Source: Candidatus Bathyarchaeota archaeon (GTDB lineage: Archaea > Thermoproteota > Bathyarchaeia > Bathyarchaeales > Bathycorpusculaceae). From it: DNA of 64,000 nt. The notes under the pieces were generated by a model. It saw nothing but the letters and a program-made list of their open reading frames with translations. It was not told the DNA's origin and made no database searches. The stretch is from positions 96,001-160,000 of the forward strand of contig CAWHXY010000007.1 of NCBI GenBank assembly GCA_963833575.1. The letters run 5' to 3'. Shown in pieces: positions 39,367 through 49,274 of this stretch; position 1 is the first letter of the stretch, and every line of letters begins with the position of its first letter. Both the position numbers and the translations under genes were made by a program.

Positions 39367-39576
39367 GCGCAAAGCTTTACGCGCTCAATGTAACGTTAAC
39401 CTGGAATAACTGGATTTTGGGTCTTGGACTGTCAAAAAACTGCTTTCTGATAACTCTTGTGCCGGACAATTACTTAAGTAATGAATTTCAAATTCATATA
39501 TTTTATATTTATTTCAAGTCATTATGCATATTGTTAACATCTAACTCGATATGTTTAGTCAAGAGGTGACTATCAA

Positions 39577-39780
39577 GTGAGTTGTCAAGTTGAAAAACAC
39601 AGAAAGGTTCCATCAGATGACAAACGCCTTTCAATAGTACAACATCTGAAACAAGAACGCGAGCTAAAAGAAGACCTAAACATAATCGCGGAATATGTTT
39701 CCTTGAACGACATGCCTTTAAAGGAGAGAAGGAAAGAAGCAGAAAAACCTCTATACTTGGCAAGATGCTATGATGAATAG
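39577..39780 (+). CDS. Small hypothetical protein
   Basis: GAGGTG upstream of the GTG start; charged helical sequence. Confidence 0.5.
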   Translation: MSCQVEKHRKVPSDDKRLSIVQHLKQERELKEDLNIIAEYVSLNDMPLKERRKEAEKPLYLARCYDE

Positions 39781-40056
39781 CGTAGCTGAATTATTCTTGC
39801 TTCTAAAAGACAAATTATTGGTTTTAGGCTCAACCTCACGAATGCCTTCATATTCTTGCTTCTAGCAATGATTGCTGCCAGCGGCGGGCTTGTGCTTAAG
39901 TATAAGGTGACCAAATGTTTCCCCATAAAGTTAGACTCCAGCCTAAATCTCTAAACCGTCTCAAACGACGGTAGTTTTTTAAAACAAAACTAAACATCAA
40001 CTTTAGGTGACAAACTTTAAGAACAAAGTACGGCAAATAAGACTTAATGATAAATT

Positions 40057-40776
40057 TTGTCCCTGAAAGACAAACTTAGGGCTCTTTTCAAAGTTTTGTT
40101 AGCAGCCTTATTGTTTTTTGGCACGCAGACAATCGGTCTCGCTGGTTTTTTGGGTCCAATGATTACTCCTTTGTTGTTTTACATATTCATGATTCCTAAC
40201 AATCAACATGCATGGCTAGATTTTTACTGGGTTTGGCATATTGATAATGTTACATTATTAGGTTAAGTCATTTTCTATGCTGGATTAGTGATATTCTGTC
40301 TTGCATTGATACAATGGTTTTGGTACCATCATAAGAAGGTGAGATTATTCTCTAACGGGTTATATTCTAGGGTTAGGCATCCGCAGTTTTTGGGCATAAT
40401 TGTTATGTCTTTAGGACTGACCATAAAGGGATCGATTAGCGTTGGTCATAGTTCAACAGTCACTTTACTTGTTCCTCATTTGCCTGATGCACACGTCGGC
40501 TTGTCTGAATTTGTGGGTTTGTGGTTCTTGGAAGTTTTAGGCTACCTTGTTTTCGCTATGTACGAAGAACGCTACTTATCCAAGAAATTTAGCAATTACA
40601 ATGAATACAAGCAGAAAGTGGCTTTATTGTTGCCAATAAAAAATCCAAAAAGAATCCCTGAGGGGATATTCACTGTTCTCTTAGTTATTGGAATATGTGT
40701 TATTCTCTTTTTATTGCCGTATGACTTTATCCGTGTTAACAGTTACAGGTATATTCCTGCTTTTCAATTCCCTTGA
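40057..40776 (+). pseudogene. Isoprenylcysteine/phospholipid methyltransferase-like membrane gene interrupted by an in-frame TAA (40264-40266)
   Basis: ORFs 40057..40266 and 40288..40776 share one frame; GLYSRVRHPQFLG and EERYL...YNEYKQKV motifs. Confidence 0.8.
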
Positions 40777-40811
40777 CTAAACGAATTAAATCCCGTTTGT
40801 CTAAGGTCAGC

Positions 40812-40832
40812 TTAGCGCGCTGGCTTGTCCCT
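40812..40832 (+). repeat. Extra 21-bp copy of the IS left end
   Basis: TTAGCGCGCTGGCTTGTCCCT identical to 40851..40871. Confidence 0.9.
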
Positions 40833-40852
40833 TTTTTAGGTGGTAAAAGATT

Positions 40853-41963
40853 AGCGCGCTGGCTTGTCCCTAAATTGAAAAGCTTATAACTAGAAATTGG
40901 GTCTCGTATCATTTGAGAACCAATCAGACAAGGAAGTGATCCCTGCGAGACAGGATGAACACGAGACCCTTGAAACCCTTTTCAAAAACGTAGACTTAAG
41001 CTTTGCTAACAACCTCATAAAACAGTGCTATCATGCTAGCGGCCCTGGAAGGCCACCCAGAAATCCAACAGGCATTTTTAGAGCATTTCTAGTAATGCGA
41101 ATGAAAGCCATACGCAGCCTAAGAGAAATGACACGCATTCTAAACACCGATTTAAGAATCAGAAAGCTCTGCCTAATCAAAGACAACCAAAAAGGCTACA
41201 CGCGAAGCGTAATGAGCCGATTTTCCAAACGCGTAGGCCAAGACAACCTCAACAGAATAATCGATCAAAAAGTAATCAAACTTCTAAAAGGTCAACAAAG
41301 CAATGAAGTTGACGTGGTTTTGGATGCTTCTTTCATTAAAGCTTGGAGCATTCGTCATCCAACAGATAATCAAACTGGCTATTCGGATGCTGATGCAAGA
41401 GTTGGCAGATCCGGACGATCATTTTCGTTAGGCTATAAAATGCATCTGTCGATTGACCACAAAACTATGCTTCCTCTTTCAAGCGTCTTTGCTTCTGCAA
41501 ACCCAAAACGAGAAGAAACATTCCTTGACTTTACTTGAAAAAGCCAAGCGAGTTCTTCAGCGGTGCAAAGCCAAGGTTAGAAGTGTAGTTGCGGATAGTC
41601 AATATAGCGATTCTAAGCTTAGGTGTGCTGTGGAGAAGGCAACTATTCCTTATCCTGCGAATCACATGAAGGGTGTTGTGGGTCTTTTGAGGGTTGATAG
41701 GAAGTTTAGGACTTATGGGTCTGATGAGGACAAGATAGAGTATCATAAGAGACCGCCGATTGAGGCGGTGAACAGTTTTCTTAAGACTCAGTTTAGCTTA
41801 GCTAACAACAAAGTCAGAGGACTAGCGCAAGTGACATTCTATGCATTGTGCAGCATTCTTTGTCTTGTACTAAACAGAGAGGCAGCTGAGAGGATTGGCA
41901 GATCTGAAAAGGCAGTCTCACCAACTTACTTCAACACTTAATTTAGGGACAAAGCGGCGCGCT
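40853..41963 (+). mobile_element. DDE insertion sequence (IS5/IS1182-like), copy A
   Basis: 24-bp TIRs, AGCGCGCTGGCTTGTCCCTAAATT versus the reverse complement of 41940..41963, 21/24 identical. Confidence 0.88.
40897..41941 (+). pseudogene. Transposase with a frameshift near 41502
   Basis: GRPP..SLRE N-domain, LDASF, D.DARVG, GYKMH, ADSQY, RPPIEAVNS; an extra C in GCAAACCCAAAAC where copy B reads ANQNE in frame. Confidence 0.88.
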
Positions 41964-42128
41964 TGCTTGCATGGTGACAGAGCGGAGTTTGAGTCTGAAG
42001 TAGTTCTCGCTGATCTTTTTGGCAAAGCTGCGGAAACACTTCACAGATATACTGAAAAAAAGAGTCAACCTCAAGAGGAAGGCGCGTGAAGAACAAAAAG
42101 AACGCTTTCGCTCATTACAACCAAAGTT

Positions 42129-42147
42129 GAAAGGCTTACGGCCTTTC
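42129..42147. terminator. Hairpin downstream of npdG
   Basis: GAAAGGC-TTACG-GCCTTTC. Confidence 0.5.
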
Positions 42148-42164
42148 TTTGAGTTTTGGTCGCT

Positions 42165-42836
42165 TTAAGCGTGTGGAACGCCGACTAGCTGGATGCCTGC
42201 GCCTTTGATCTTGTAGCGTAGGTTGATGGCGATAAGCGCCGCTGTCATGGTTTCAACGACTACTGCGTTCTCGATTGCGCCTGCATCGTAGGCGTCTATG
42301 CCGATTTTCTTTATCATACCTATAACCATGTCGCGTGTTTCTCTATTTGCGCCGACGACTAGAACGTTTGTTTCTATTTTCTCGTCAAATTTCTCTAGTT
42401 GCTCTGGGCTTATGTTCTGGAATGCATCAACTACTTTTGCTTCAGGACCTATGAAAGTCTGTATTTCCTGGGCGATTGAGCCTGCAGGGTTGATTCTTGC
42501 TCGGCTTTTCTTTTCAGCATCAAGTGATGAGGCTATGTTGATTATGATTTTTCCTGGTGTGACTGGTTTGATGTCTTCAAGTATGGGTTTCATTCCGTCG
42601 TATGGAATAGCGAGGAGTACAATGTCGGCTTTGGCTGTTGCGTCGCGATTGGTGGAGCCTTCAGCTGTAAGAACGTTGAATTCGGTGTTGAGATTATAAG
42701 CCGCGTTTATGGCCTTTTCAGAAGAACGAGATCCGATAATTGTGCGAAAACCTGCTCTAGCAAATCTAGCGGCAATCGCAAATCCTTCTTTACCCGTTCC
42801 ACCGATTATAGCTATTGAGGATTTATTTTGTGACAT
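42165..42836 (-). CDS. npdG: NADPH-dependent F420 reductase
   Basis: IIGGTGKEG, IIGSRS.EKA, VVDAFQNIS, ETMTAALIAIN..YK..GAGI. Confidence 0.88.
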   Translation of the reverse strand: MSQNKSSIAIIGGTGKEGFAIAARFARAGFRTIIGSRSSEKAINAAYNLNTEFNVLTAEGSTNRDATAKADIVLLAIPYDGMKPILEDIKPVTPGKIIINIASSLDAEKKSRARINPAGSIAQEIQTFIGPEAKVVDAFQNISPEQLEKFDEKIETNVLVVGANRETRDMVIGMIKKIGIDAYDAGAIENAVVVETMTAALIAINLRYKIKGAGIQLVGVPHA

Positions 42837-43190
42837 TTTTAATCATCCTATATGTTTATATATTTGACTCGTTCAGTAGCAACGATGTATATAAACATTT
42901 CTTATCTAATGACTATTTTTGAATAATTCTTTCACTAAAATGCATCTGCGGCCGATTATGTTTTATCAACTAGTGCGGTCAGAACTCTTCTAAACATGAT
43001 CCGCGCAGAAATTTCACTTTGCTCATTGCTTTTGTAAAGTCTTTCTGTTGGAAAGAATACCCGCGCTATTAAGCCAAAAAGTCAGTAAACCCTTGAGACT
43101 CTATTCTTTTTTGCTCTTAGCGCGGTCAACATTTTATTGATAAGAAAGTCTCTTTAACTGGTGGCAATAATAGCCTAAACACTAAGAGGC

Positions 43191-44177
43191 TTGACTTTGG
43201 GAACACAAGTTATTCTGAAGGACAAGATCAAGAGTGAATTGCTCAAAATTCTTTCAGGATACTGTTTTAAAGAAAGAAATAACCTTTCTCCCAAAGTTTC
43301 AATTCTTACCCCTTGGCTTGGGGATGTACAACTGGAAATAGATGAGCATGTATGGACTTTAGATCCTGAATATTTTGGAGATATCTACCGTATTGCATCT
43401 GTTAATTTAGCACACATACTATTTCTTCTTAGAACAGCATTCGCCGCAGAGATAAATATTATTACACTTTCACCAACAGACAAATCCAATTTTGCTCGTT
43501 CTCAATACGTCACAGATTTATTGGATTTTTTTGATGAAATAGGTTGTAACATTTATACTAACCAAGATTTGCACGCAAAATTATTCCTTTCAAACGACAA
43601 TGCTCTTGTCGGGTCATTCAACCTTTCAAAAGCAGCTCTGTATGATCGAGAAGAGATTGGTATAAGCATTGACAATATAGAAAATCTGCGATTGCTAGAA
43701 AAATATTTTGATGAAGTCAAAGAAAGAAGCGATCCATATGGTTATACAGCTATTCTTAGAAAATCAGTAGAAGAACTTCGCCCGCATCATTTTGAATTAA
43801 ACGTAGAGCAAAAAATCACTAGAGGTTGGTTATACGAGGATATGATGCGACTTTTTAATAAATTGAGTTTAGACCAAGACAAGCAAGATATGGCTTTAGT
43901 ATTTCTGTCAGAAAGGTTAGAAATATCAGGATATTATAATGAACTCTTGAAAGAAATTTCAAAAGATATTAACAATTTTTATTTTAGAGCGTTTTCAGCT
44001 TTGCTAAACCCTATTTATGAAAACGAGAAAGAATACATTAACTACCTGAGGCAAAGGTTCGGTTATAAAGGGATTGGAAATAGTAATGATATACTTAGTT
44101 TTCTAAATTCAAAAATGGTTAGGAAAACAATGCCTAAAAGAAAATTAATTCTTTATTCTCTAAATCCACCTGAATAA
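43191..44177 (+). CDS. Phospholipase D-superfamily (single HKD) protein, possible nuclease
   Basis: TPWL, LHAKLFLSND...VGSFNLS...EEIGI. Confidence 0.82.
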   Translation: MTLGTQVILKDKIKSELLKILSGYCFKERNNLSPKVSILTPWLGDVQLEIDEHVWTLDPEYFGDIYRIASVNLAHILFLLRTAFAAEINIITLSPTDKSNFARSQYVTDLLDFFDEIGCNIYTNQDLHAKLFLSNDNALVGSFNLSKAALYDREEIGISIDNIENLRLLEKYFDEVKERSDPYGYTAILRKSVEELRPHHFELNVEQKITRGWLYEDMMRLFNKLSLDQDKQDMALVFLSERLEISGYYNELLKEISKDINNFYFRAFSALLNPIYENEKEYINYLRQRFGYKGIGNSNDILSFLNSKMVRKTMPKRKLILYSLNPPE

Positions 44178-44204
44178 TAAAGCACGCGTTTATGAAAGCC
44201 CTTT

Positions 44205-45304
44205 GCGCGCTGTCTTGTCCCGATATTACGTGTTGAAATACGTTGGTGACACCGCTTTATCATATCTTCCAATGTTTTCAGCTGCTTCTCTGTTCAGAAC
44301 CAGGCAAAGTACGCTGAACAAGGGATAAGATGCAACTTGCTTCAAGCCTCTAACCTTGTTGACGGTTAGGCTATACTGTGTCTTCAAAAAGCTGAAGACC
44401 GCCTCCACATGTGGTCTTTTGTGATACTTCTTTTTCTGGTCTTCAGGTCCATAAGCTCGAAACTTCCGATCCACCCTCAACAATCCCTCCACGTCCCGTT
44501 TCTGGTTTGAACGATACGGAATCACCGCCGCGTCAACAGCATCTCTGGAGTTTGCCATCGCTATATTGGCTATCAGCTATCACACTTCTCAATTTAGCCT
44601 CAGAATGTTTGAGAATCAACTTCGTCTTGTCCAGCAGGCTTAGTGAGTGTTTCTGCTCGTTCTGATTGGCCGAAGCGAAAGTGCAAGCCAAAGGAAGCAT
44701 AGTTGCAGAATCGATAGCTAAGCGAAGCTTATAGCCGAGCCCAAATGATCTGCCTGTTCGTCCAACTCTGGCTTCTCTGTCTGAATAGCCCCTTTGGTTA
44801 TCTTAAGGATCGCGTGTGCTCCAAGCATCTACGAAGGAAGCGTCAAAGATGGAATCGATCTCTCCTGCACTGTTTTGTTTCGAGAGCTTGACAACTTTCT
44901 CGTCTATTATGTTGGTGAGGCGGGTTTCTCCGGCTTTGCGGATGAACTTGCTGAGGACACTTCGGGAGTAGCTTTTTTCGGCTGGTTTGATGAGGCACAT
45001 TCGTCTAAGCCTTAGGTCTGCGTCGAGTAGTCTGGTCATTTCTCTTAGGCTGCGAACTCCTTTCATTTTCATGATGATGAAGGTTCTGAAAAGACCCATT
45101 GGGTTCCTGGGTGGTCTTCTTGGACCATCGGTATGGAAGCAACTGCGCAGAGCTGTTTTTGCAAAGCTTAAGTCTACGTTTCGAAAGAGGTTTCTAGGGT
45201 CTCGTGTTCATCTTGTCCCGCTAGGACTCACCTCCTGAGATTGGACGTACTCAGAGAACAAGAGCCCCAATTACATTAATTAATTTAGGGACAAACCAGC
45301 GCGC
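44205..45304 (-). mobile_element. DDE insertion sequence, copy B, inverted relative to A and diverged
   Basis: Ends GCGCGCTGTCTTGTCCC (44205) and GGGACAAACCAGCGCGC (to 45304); transposase ends KAVSPTYFNT as in copy A. Confidence 0.88.
44226..45270 (-). pseudogene. Transposase with two frameshifts and an internal TAA (44803-44805)
   Basis: Fragments 44803..45099 and 44226..44558 plus the intervening frame align with copy A. Confidence 0.85.
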
Positions 45305-45437
45305 TAGTCCTTAGGTGCAAAAGTTCGTGATCTGCACCAAAGTTGTTCGCTGCCTGAATTTTTTGCTATTCAGTTTTTGGTTTATTCATGACGTTAAGTT
45401 GACAATGTTCATATTGGACAGGCATGCTGTTGTAAAG

Positions 45438-45501
45438 TGGGGGATGATGTCGCCGTCCCAGTCTGATCGGGAAGATGAAGAATGAAAGTTGACAGACCCC
45501 A
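45438..45501 (+). ncRNA. C/D-box sRNA, predicted guide for 23S rRNA P-loop Gm2251
   Basis: Stem TGGGG/CCCCA, C box ATGATGT (45444), guide CGCCGTCCCAGT, D' CTGA (45463), C' ATGAAGA (45475), D CAGA (45493). The guide pairs with RCUGGGGCGGC. Confidence 0.8.
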
Positions 45502-45597
45502 AAATTCTTCATTCTAAATAGTTTCGAGCAACACAGCAAGTGCTATTTTATATTGGTTAGCTGACTAGTTAGCATTAACCACTGGTGCAATATTGGA

Positions 45598-45852
45598 ATG
45601 GGAAAAATCCGAAAAAGCGCCGTTCAGATTCGATTTGAAATCTTAGAGTACCTATTCTTCAACAATAAGCCTCAGTTGCGGACTATTATCTGGCGGAAAT
45701 CAACCAACCTTTCCTACGACGACTTCCTAAAGCACTTAACGTATCTTGAAGGGAAAAGCTTGACAAAAGAAACGGAAGGCTTCTGTAATTTGACATTTGA
45801 AGGAAGAAATCTCTACCTTGAGCTACGCAAATCTCTCCCATCGATATTGTAA
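45598..45852 (+). CDS. Small winged-helix DNA-binding protein
   Basis: RFEILEYL...TNLSYDDFLKHLTYLEGKSL...LTFEGR. Confidence 0.8.
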   Translation: MGKIRKSAVQIRFEILEYLFFNNKPQLRTIIWRKSTNLSYDDFLKHLTYLEGKSLTKETEGFCNLTFEGRNLYLELRKSLPSIL

Positions 45853-45920
45853 ACCGCAAATTCATCTGTGGTGCATCAGGTATAAAAACAAAAAAAACGT
45901 AAATAGGCAGGAAACAAAAA

Positions 45921-46271
45921 ATGGCAAAAGAAACAAGCGATGACAAGCAATACCCAGTAAGGTCTCTACATGACTTTTTGTCAGAGCTAGATAAAGAATG
46001 GACAAAATTTCGAAACGGCACCCTCATAGGTTTGGCATCTTCAGGAATCTTATTCATAGTTGTCGTTTGGTTACTGTTACGAACTAGACATTTTGGGTTA
46101 GGCTTGATCGATTTTGTTCTTTTGATTTTTGCAGGCATCTTTTTAGGATACAGCATTTACGCAATGTACTCGCAATACCGCTTCTTCAACAGATGGGAAC
46201 GCCGCGTGGGTCTATTGCTGCATATGGAAGAACAAATTCTATACGAAAAGACAGATGAAACCAACCCTTAG
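45921..46271 (+). CDS. Two-TM hypothetical membrane protein
   Basis: Two hydrophobic segments. Confidence 0.75.
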   Translation: MAKETSDDKQYPVRSLHDFLSELDKEWTKFRNGTLIGLASSGILFIVVVWLLLRTRHFGLGLIDFVLLIFAGIFLGYSIYAMYSQYRFFNRWERRVGLLLHMEEQILYEKTDETNP

Positions 46272-46365
46272 TATTTATTTGTGGTGCACATCAAAAGTGC
46301 GGCTTTCTTTTTAAAGACTAAGACAAAGAGGTGATCATGGAAGTAAGTTGGAGGTGGAATAAAGA

Positions 46366-46869
46366 ATGATCACCCTGAGTAGAAAAAACAAAATAGCAAT
46401 TGTAGCAATAGCAGCCATAGCAATTGTATTGGTGATAGCTGTTCCAAACGTGTATGCTCAAACAACTGCAAACAACGCAGTTTCAAACATAAGAACACTC
46501 AATGCAAAAGGCAACATTTACCAAACAATCGACAGCAACACAATAAAGTACTATCCAGCTAACTTGACATTAACACTTCAGCCAACATCAACCAGTGGTA
46601 AAGTCAAGTTATTTGATGTTACAAGCGGCACATTGATAGCAAACGGAGTCTCATACACCTTTACATCCGGAAACGGAGGCGTACTAACAGGCAGACATGC
46701 GGTTCTGTTACAGGCAGAGGGAACAGATCCAAACGGGCAAGCAGTAACATTGAAATTTGCAGGACAATACTCGTATTCGTGGACAGAAGGTCGAATCGTT
46801 TTCAAAATAGGCGCTAAACTACAAACAGCCGACACTAACTACACTCTTCTTATGCAGGCACCTATTTGA
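46366..46869 (+). CDS. Secreted hypothetical protein
   Basis: GGAGGTG RBS, signal peptide ending VYA, beta-rich mature region. Confidence 0.8.
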   Translation: MITLSRKNKIAIVAIAAIAIVLVIAVPNVYAQTTANNAVSNIRTLNAKGNIYQTIDSNTIKYYPANLTLTLQPTSTSGKVKLFDVTSGTLIANGVSYTFTSGNGGVLTGRHAVLLQAEGTDPNGQAVTLKFAGQYSYSWTEGRIVFKIGAKLQTADTNYTLLMQAPI

Positions 46870-47084
46870 GACCAATTTTGCCATTAATTTTTCTTTTATT
46901 CTTTTGTGTTAAAAGTCTTCTGTTTGAAGAAAAGTTTTTTCTATTTCTAAAAGCATTAGCTGCCTTCACAGTATCTATATATGTTGGGCGATCAAAATAT
47001 TATTTAAAGGAATCGAAACGAAAAATCCTTATCTTTTCAATTAAGCATAAAAACCGTCTAAATCACCTATAGGAAATACACTCT

Positions 47085-49274
47085 ATGGATTCAGCAAACT
47101 TTCAAGAAAATGGATCACCTAAAATTCCAACAAGAATCGGCAGATTATATGAGCTTGCCAACAACTTGTGGTGGAGTTGGCACGAAGAAGGTCGTCAAGT
47201 TTTTCGTTCCTTAGATTATGCTCTTTGGAGAACCAGTGGGCATAATCCGGTTAAGCAACTGAGGAGTATTAGCATAGAGAAGCTGGAAGGGGCGGCAAGA
47301 GATCCTGTTTTTTTGGAACTGTATGATATGGTGATGTCTTCTTTTGATAAGGAAATGACGAAGGGTCACGATTGGTGTGGTGAAACAAACCCTGGTAAAC
47401 CAAATGGAAAAATAGCTTATTTCTCAGCTGAGTACGCAATCCATAATTCTTTGCCAATATACGCAGGCGGCTTAGGCGTATTGGCAGGAGATATTTGTAA
47501 AGAATCCTCGGATCGGGGGTTACCTTTCGTTGCAGTTGGGTTCATGTATCCTCAAGGCTACTTCCGACAACGAATTTCTCCAGATGGAGATCAACAAGAA
47601 GATTACATTCAACTGAACTTTGACGAGGCTCCTATTTCGCCCTGCGCTTGGCCCCAAGCGTGTGGTCCGGTTATACCGATTCAGCTTGCAGATCACCTCC
47701 TTTACGTGAAGGTCTGGGAGGTTCATGTTGGTTGTGTCAACCTTTATCTGATGGACACCAATGTTGAAGAAAATCGCCTTGAGGATAGAACATTATCGGC
47801 TCGCCTGTATACTGCGGATCAGGAAGAACGTCTCCGACAACTAATCGTTCTTGGCGTAGGTGGAGTACGAGCGCTAAGAGAGCTTCACATTGAACCAACA
47901 GTATGGCATGCCAATGAAGACCACACCGCTTTCATGATGCTCGAACGCCTCCGAATAGAAAGAGCTAATGAAGCGTCTTTTGAAGATGCAGTCGAGAAAA
48001 TACGCCGAAATACAATTTTCACTACCCACACACCAGTTCCGGCAGGACATCATGTTTTTAGTGTTCAATTAATGGATCGGTATGCTCGTAGTTTTTGGGA
48101 GCCTCTTGGAGTTGACAGAGAAACTTTCCTAAAGTTAGGACAATACCCAGGCCTTGCTCCTGAAAGATTCAACCTTACAGCTTTTGCGTTTCGTTTAGCC
48201 GGGCAATCAAACGCTGTGTCTAAGCTTCATGGGAAAATAACTAGACGAATGTGGCAAGTCCTTTGGCCAAATAAGTCAGAGGATAAGGTGCCGATTTTAT
48301 CCATAACAAATGGTGTTCACCTGCCCAGTTGGCAAGCACCAGAAATCAATGCGCTCTGCCAAAAATACCTTGGTTCAGAGTGGCAGCAAAAACAAGATGA
48401 AGATGGCTATTGGAAAGGTTTCGATGACATACCTGACGAAGAAATATGGCAGATGCGTCAGACATTGAAAACACGATTGATCAATACTTTGCAAGATAGA
48501 GCGCAGCAGCGATGGACCCAAAATAATGTGACCACACAACAAGTGATTGCGATGGGTTCACTTTTAGATCCCTACGCATTAACTCTTGCTTTTGCCCGCC
48601 GTTTCGCCGAGTACAAACGACCCTACTTGCTTCTATCCGACATCGACCGGTTAAAACGTATCATTACAAATCCAGAGAGGCCAGTGCAGATTATCTTTGC
48701 AGGTAAATCTCATCCCGCAGATTATCAATCAAAGCAATTACTAAAACGAGTGTATCAAACAGCTTTAGACAGAGGGTTTCAAGGACGTATTGCCTTCGTT
48801 GAAGACTATGACCTCAACCTATCACGGGAACTTGTTCGAGGCGTTGATGTCTGGCTTAACAACCCCAGACGTTTACAAGAAGCATGTGGAACTAGCGGAA
48901 TGAAAGCTTCTATGAACGGCGTAGTAAACCTTAGCATTCGCGATGGATGGTGGGACGAAGCATACAACGGCAAAAATGGGTGGGCAATAGATGATTTTCA
49001 CGGAGGTACATCAGAGGTAGAAGACAAAGCGGACGCAGAATCACTCTATAGCCTGCTAGAAAAAGAAATCGTACCTCTCTACTATAGCCGAGATCGAAAA
49101 GGAGTACCGCATGATTGGATAAAATATGTCAAAGAAGCAGTGAAAACAATCACTCCCGCTTTCAACGGTTGCCGAATGATGAAAGAATACACTCAAGAAA
49201 TGTATTTGCCTGCCTCCAGACAGGAGGAAATAAAAGTTGTTTTAGATGAAGGGGAAGAAATTGGTGAAACATGA
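47085..49274 (+). CDS. glgP: Alpha-glucan (glycogen/maltodextrin) phosphorylase
   Basis: NLWWSW, YAGGLGVLAGD, FTTHTP, RRFAEYKR, EACGTSGMKA. Confidence 0.97.
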   Translation: MDSANFQENGSPKIPTRIGRLYELANNLWWSWHEEGRQVFRSLDYALWRTSGHNPVKQLRSISIEKLEGAARDPVFLELYDMVMSSFDKEMTKGHDWCGETNPGKPNGKIAYFSAEYAIHNSLPIYAGGLGVLAGDICKESSDRGLPFVAVGFMYPQGYFRQRISPDGDQQEDYIQLNFDEAPISPCAWPQACGPVIPIQLADHLLYVKVWEVHVGCVNLYLMDTNVEENRLEDRTLSARLYTADQEERLRQLIVLGVGGVRALRELHIEPTVWHANEDHTAFMMLERLRIERANEASFEDAVEKIRRNTIFTTHTPVPAGHHVFSVQLMDRYARSFWEPLGVDRETFLKLGQYPGLAPERFNLTAFAFRLAGQSNAVSKLHGKITRRMWQVLWPNKSEDKVPILSITNGVHLPSWQAPEINALCQKYLGSEWQQKQDEDGYWKGFDDIPDEEIWQMRQTLKTRLINTLQDRAQQRWTQNNVTTQQVIAMGSLLDPYALTLAFARRFAEYKRPYLLLSDIDRLKRIITNPERPVQIIFAGKSHPADYQSKQLLKRVYQTALDRGFQGRIAFVEDYDLNLSRELVRGVDVWLNNPRRLQEACGTSGMKASMNGVVNLSIRDGWWDEAYNGKNGWAIDDFHGGTSEVEDKADAESLYSLLEKEIVPLYYSRDRKGVPHDWIKYVKEAVKTITPAFNGCRMMKEYTQEMYLPASRQEEIKVVLDEGEEIGET

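Noticed and set aside
41495-41515. Programmed frameshift in transposase A
   Set aside because: Copy B is in frame at the same position, so this is a 1-bp insertion
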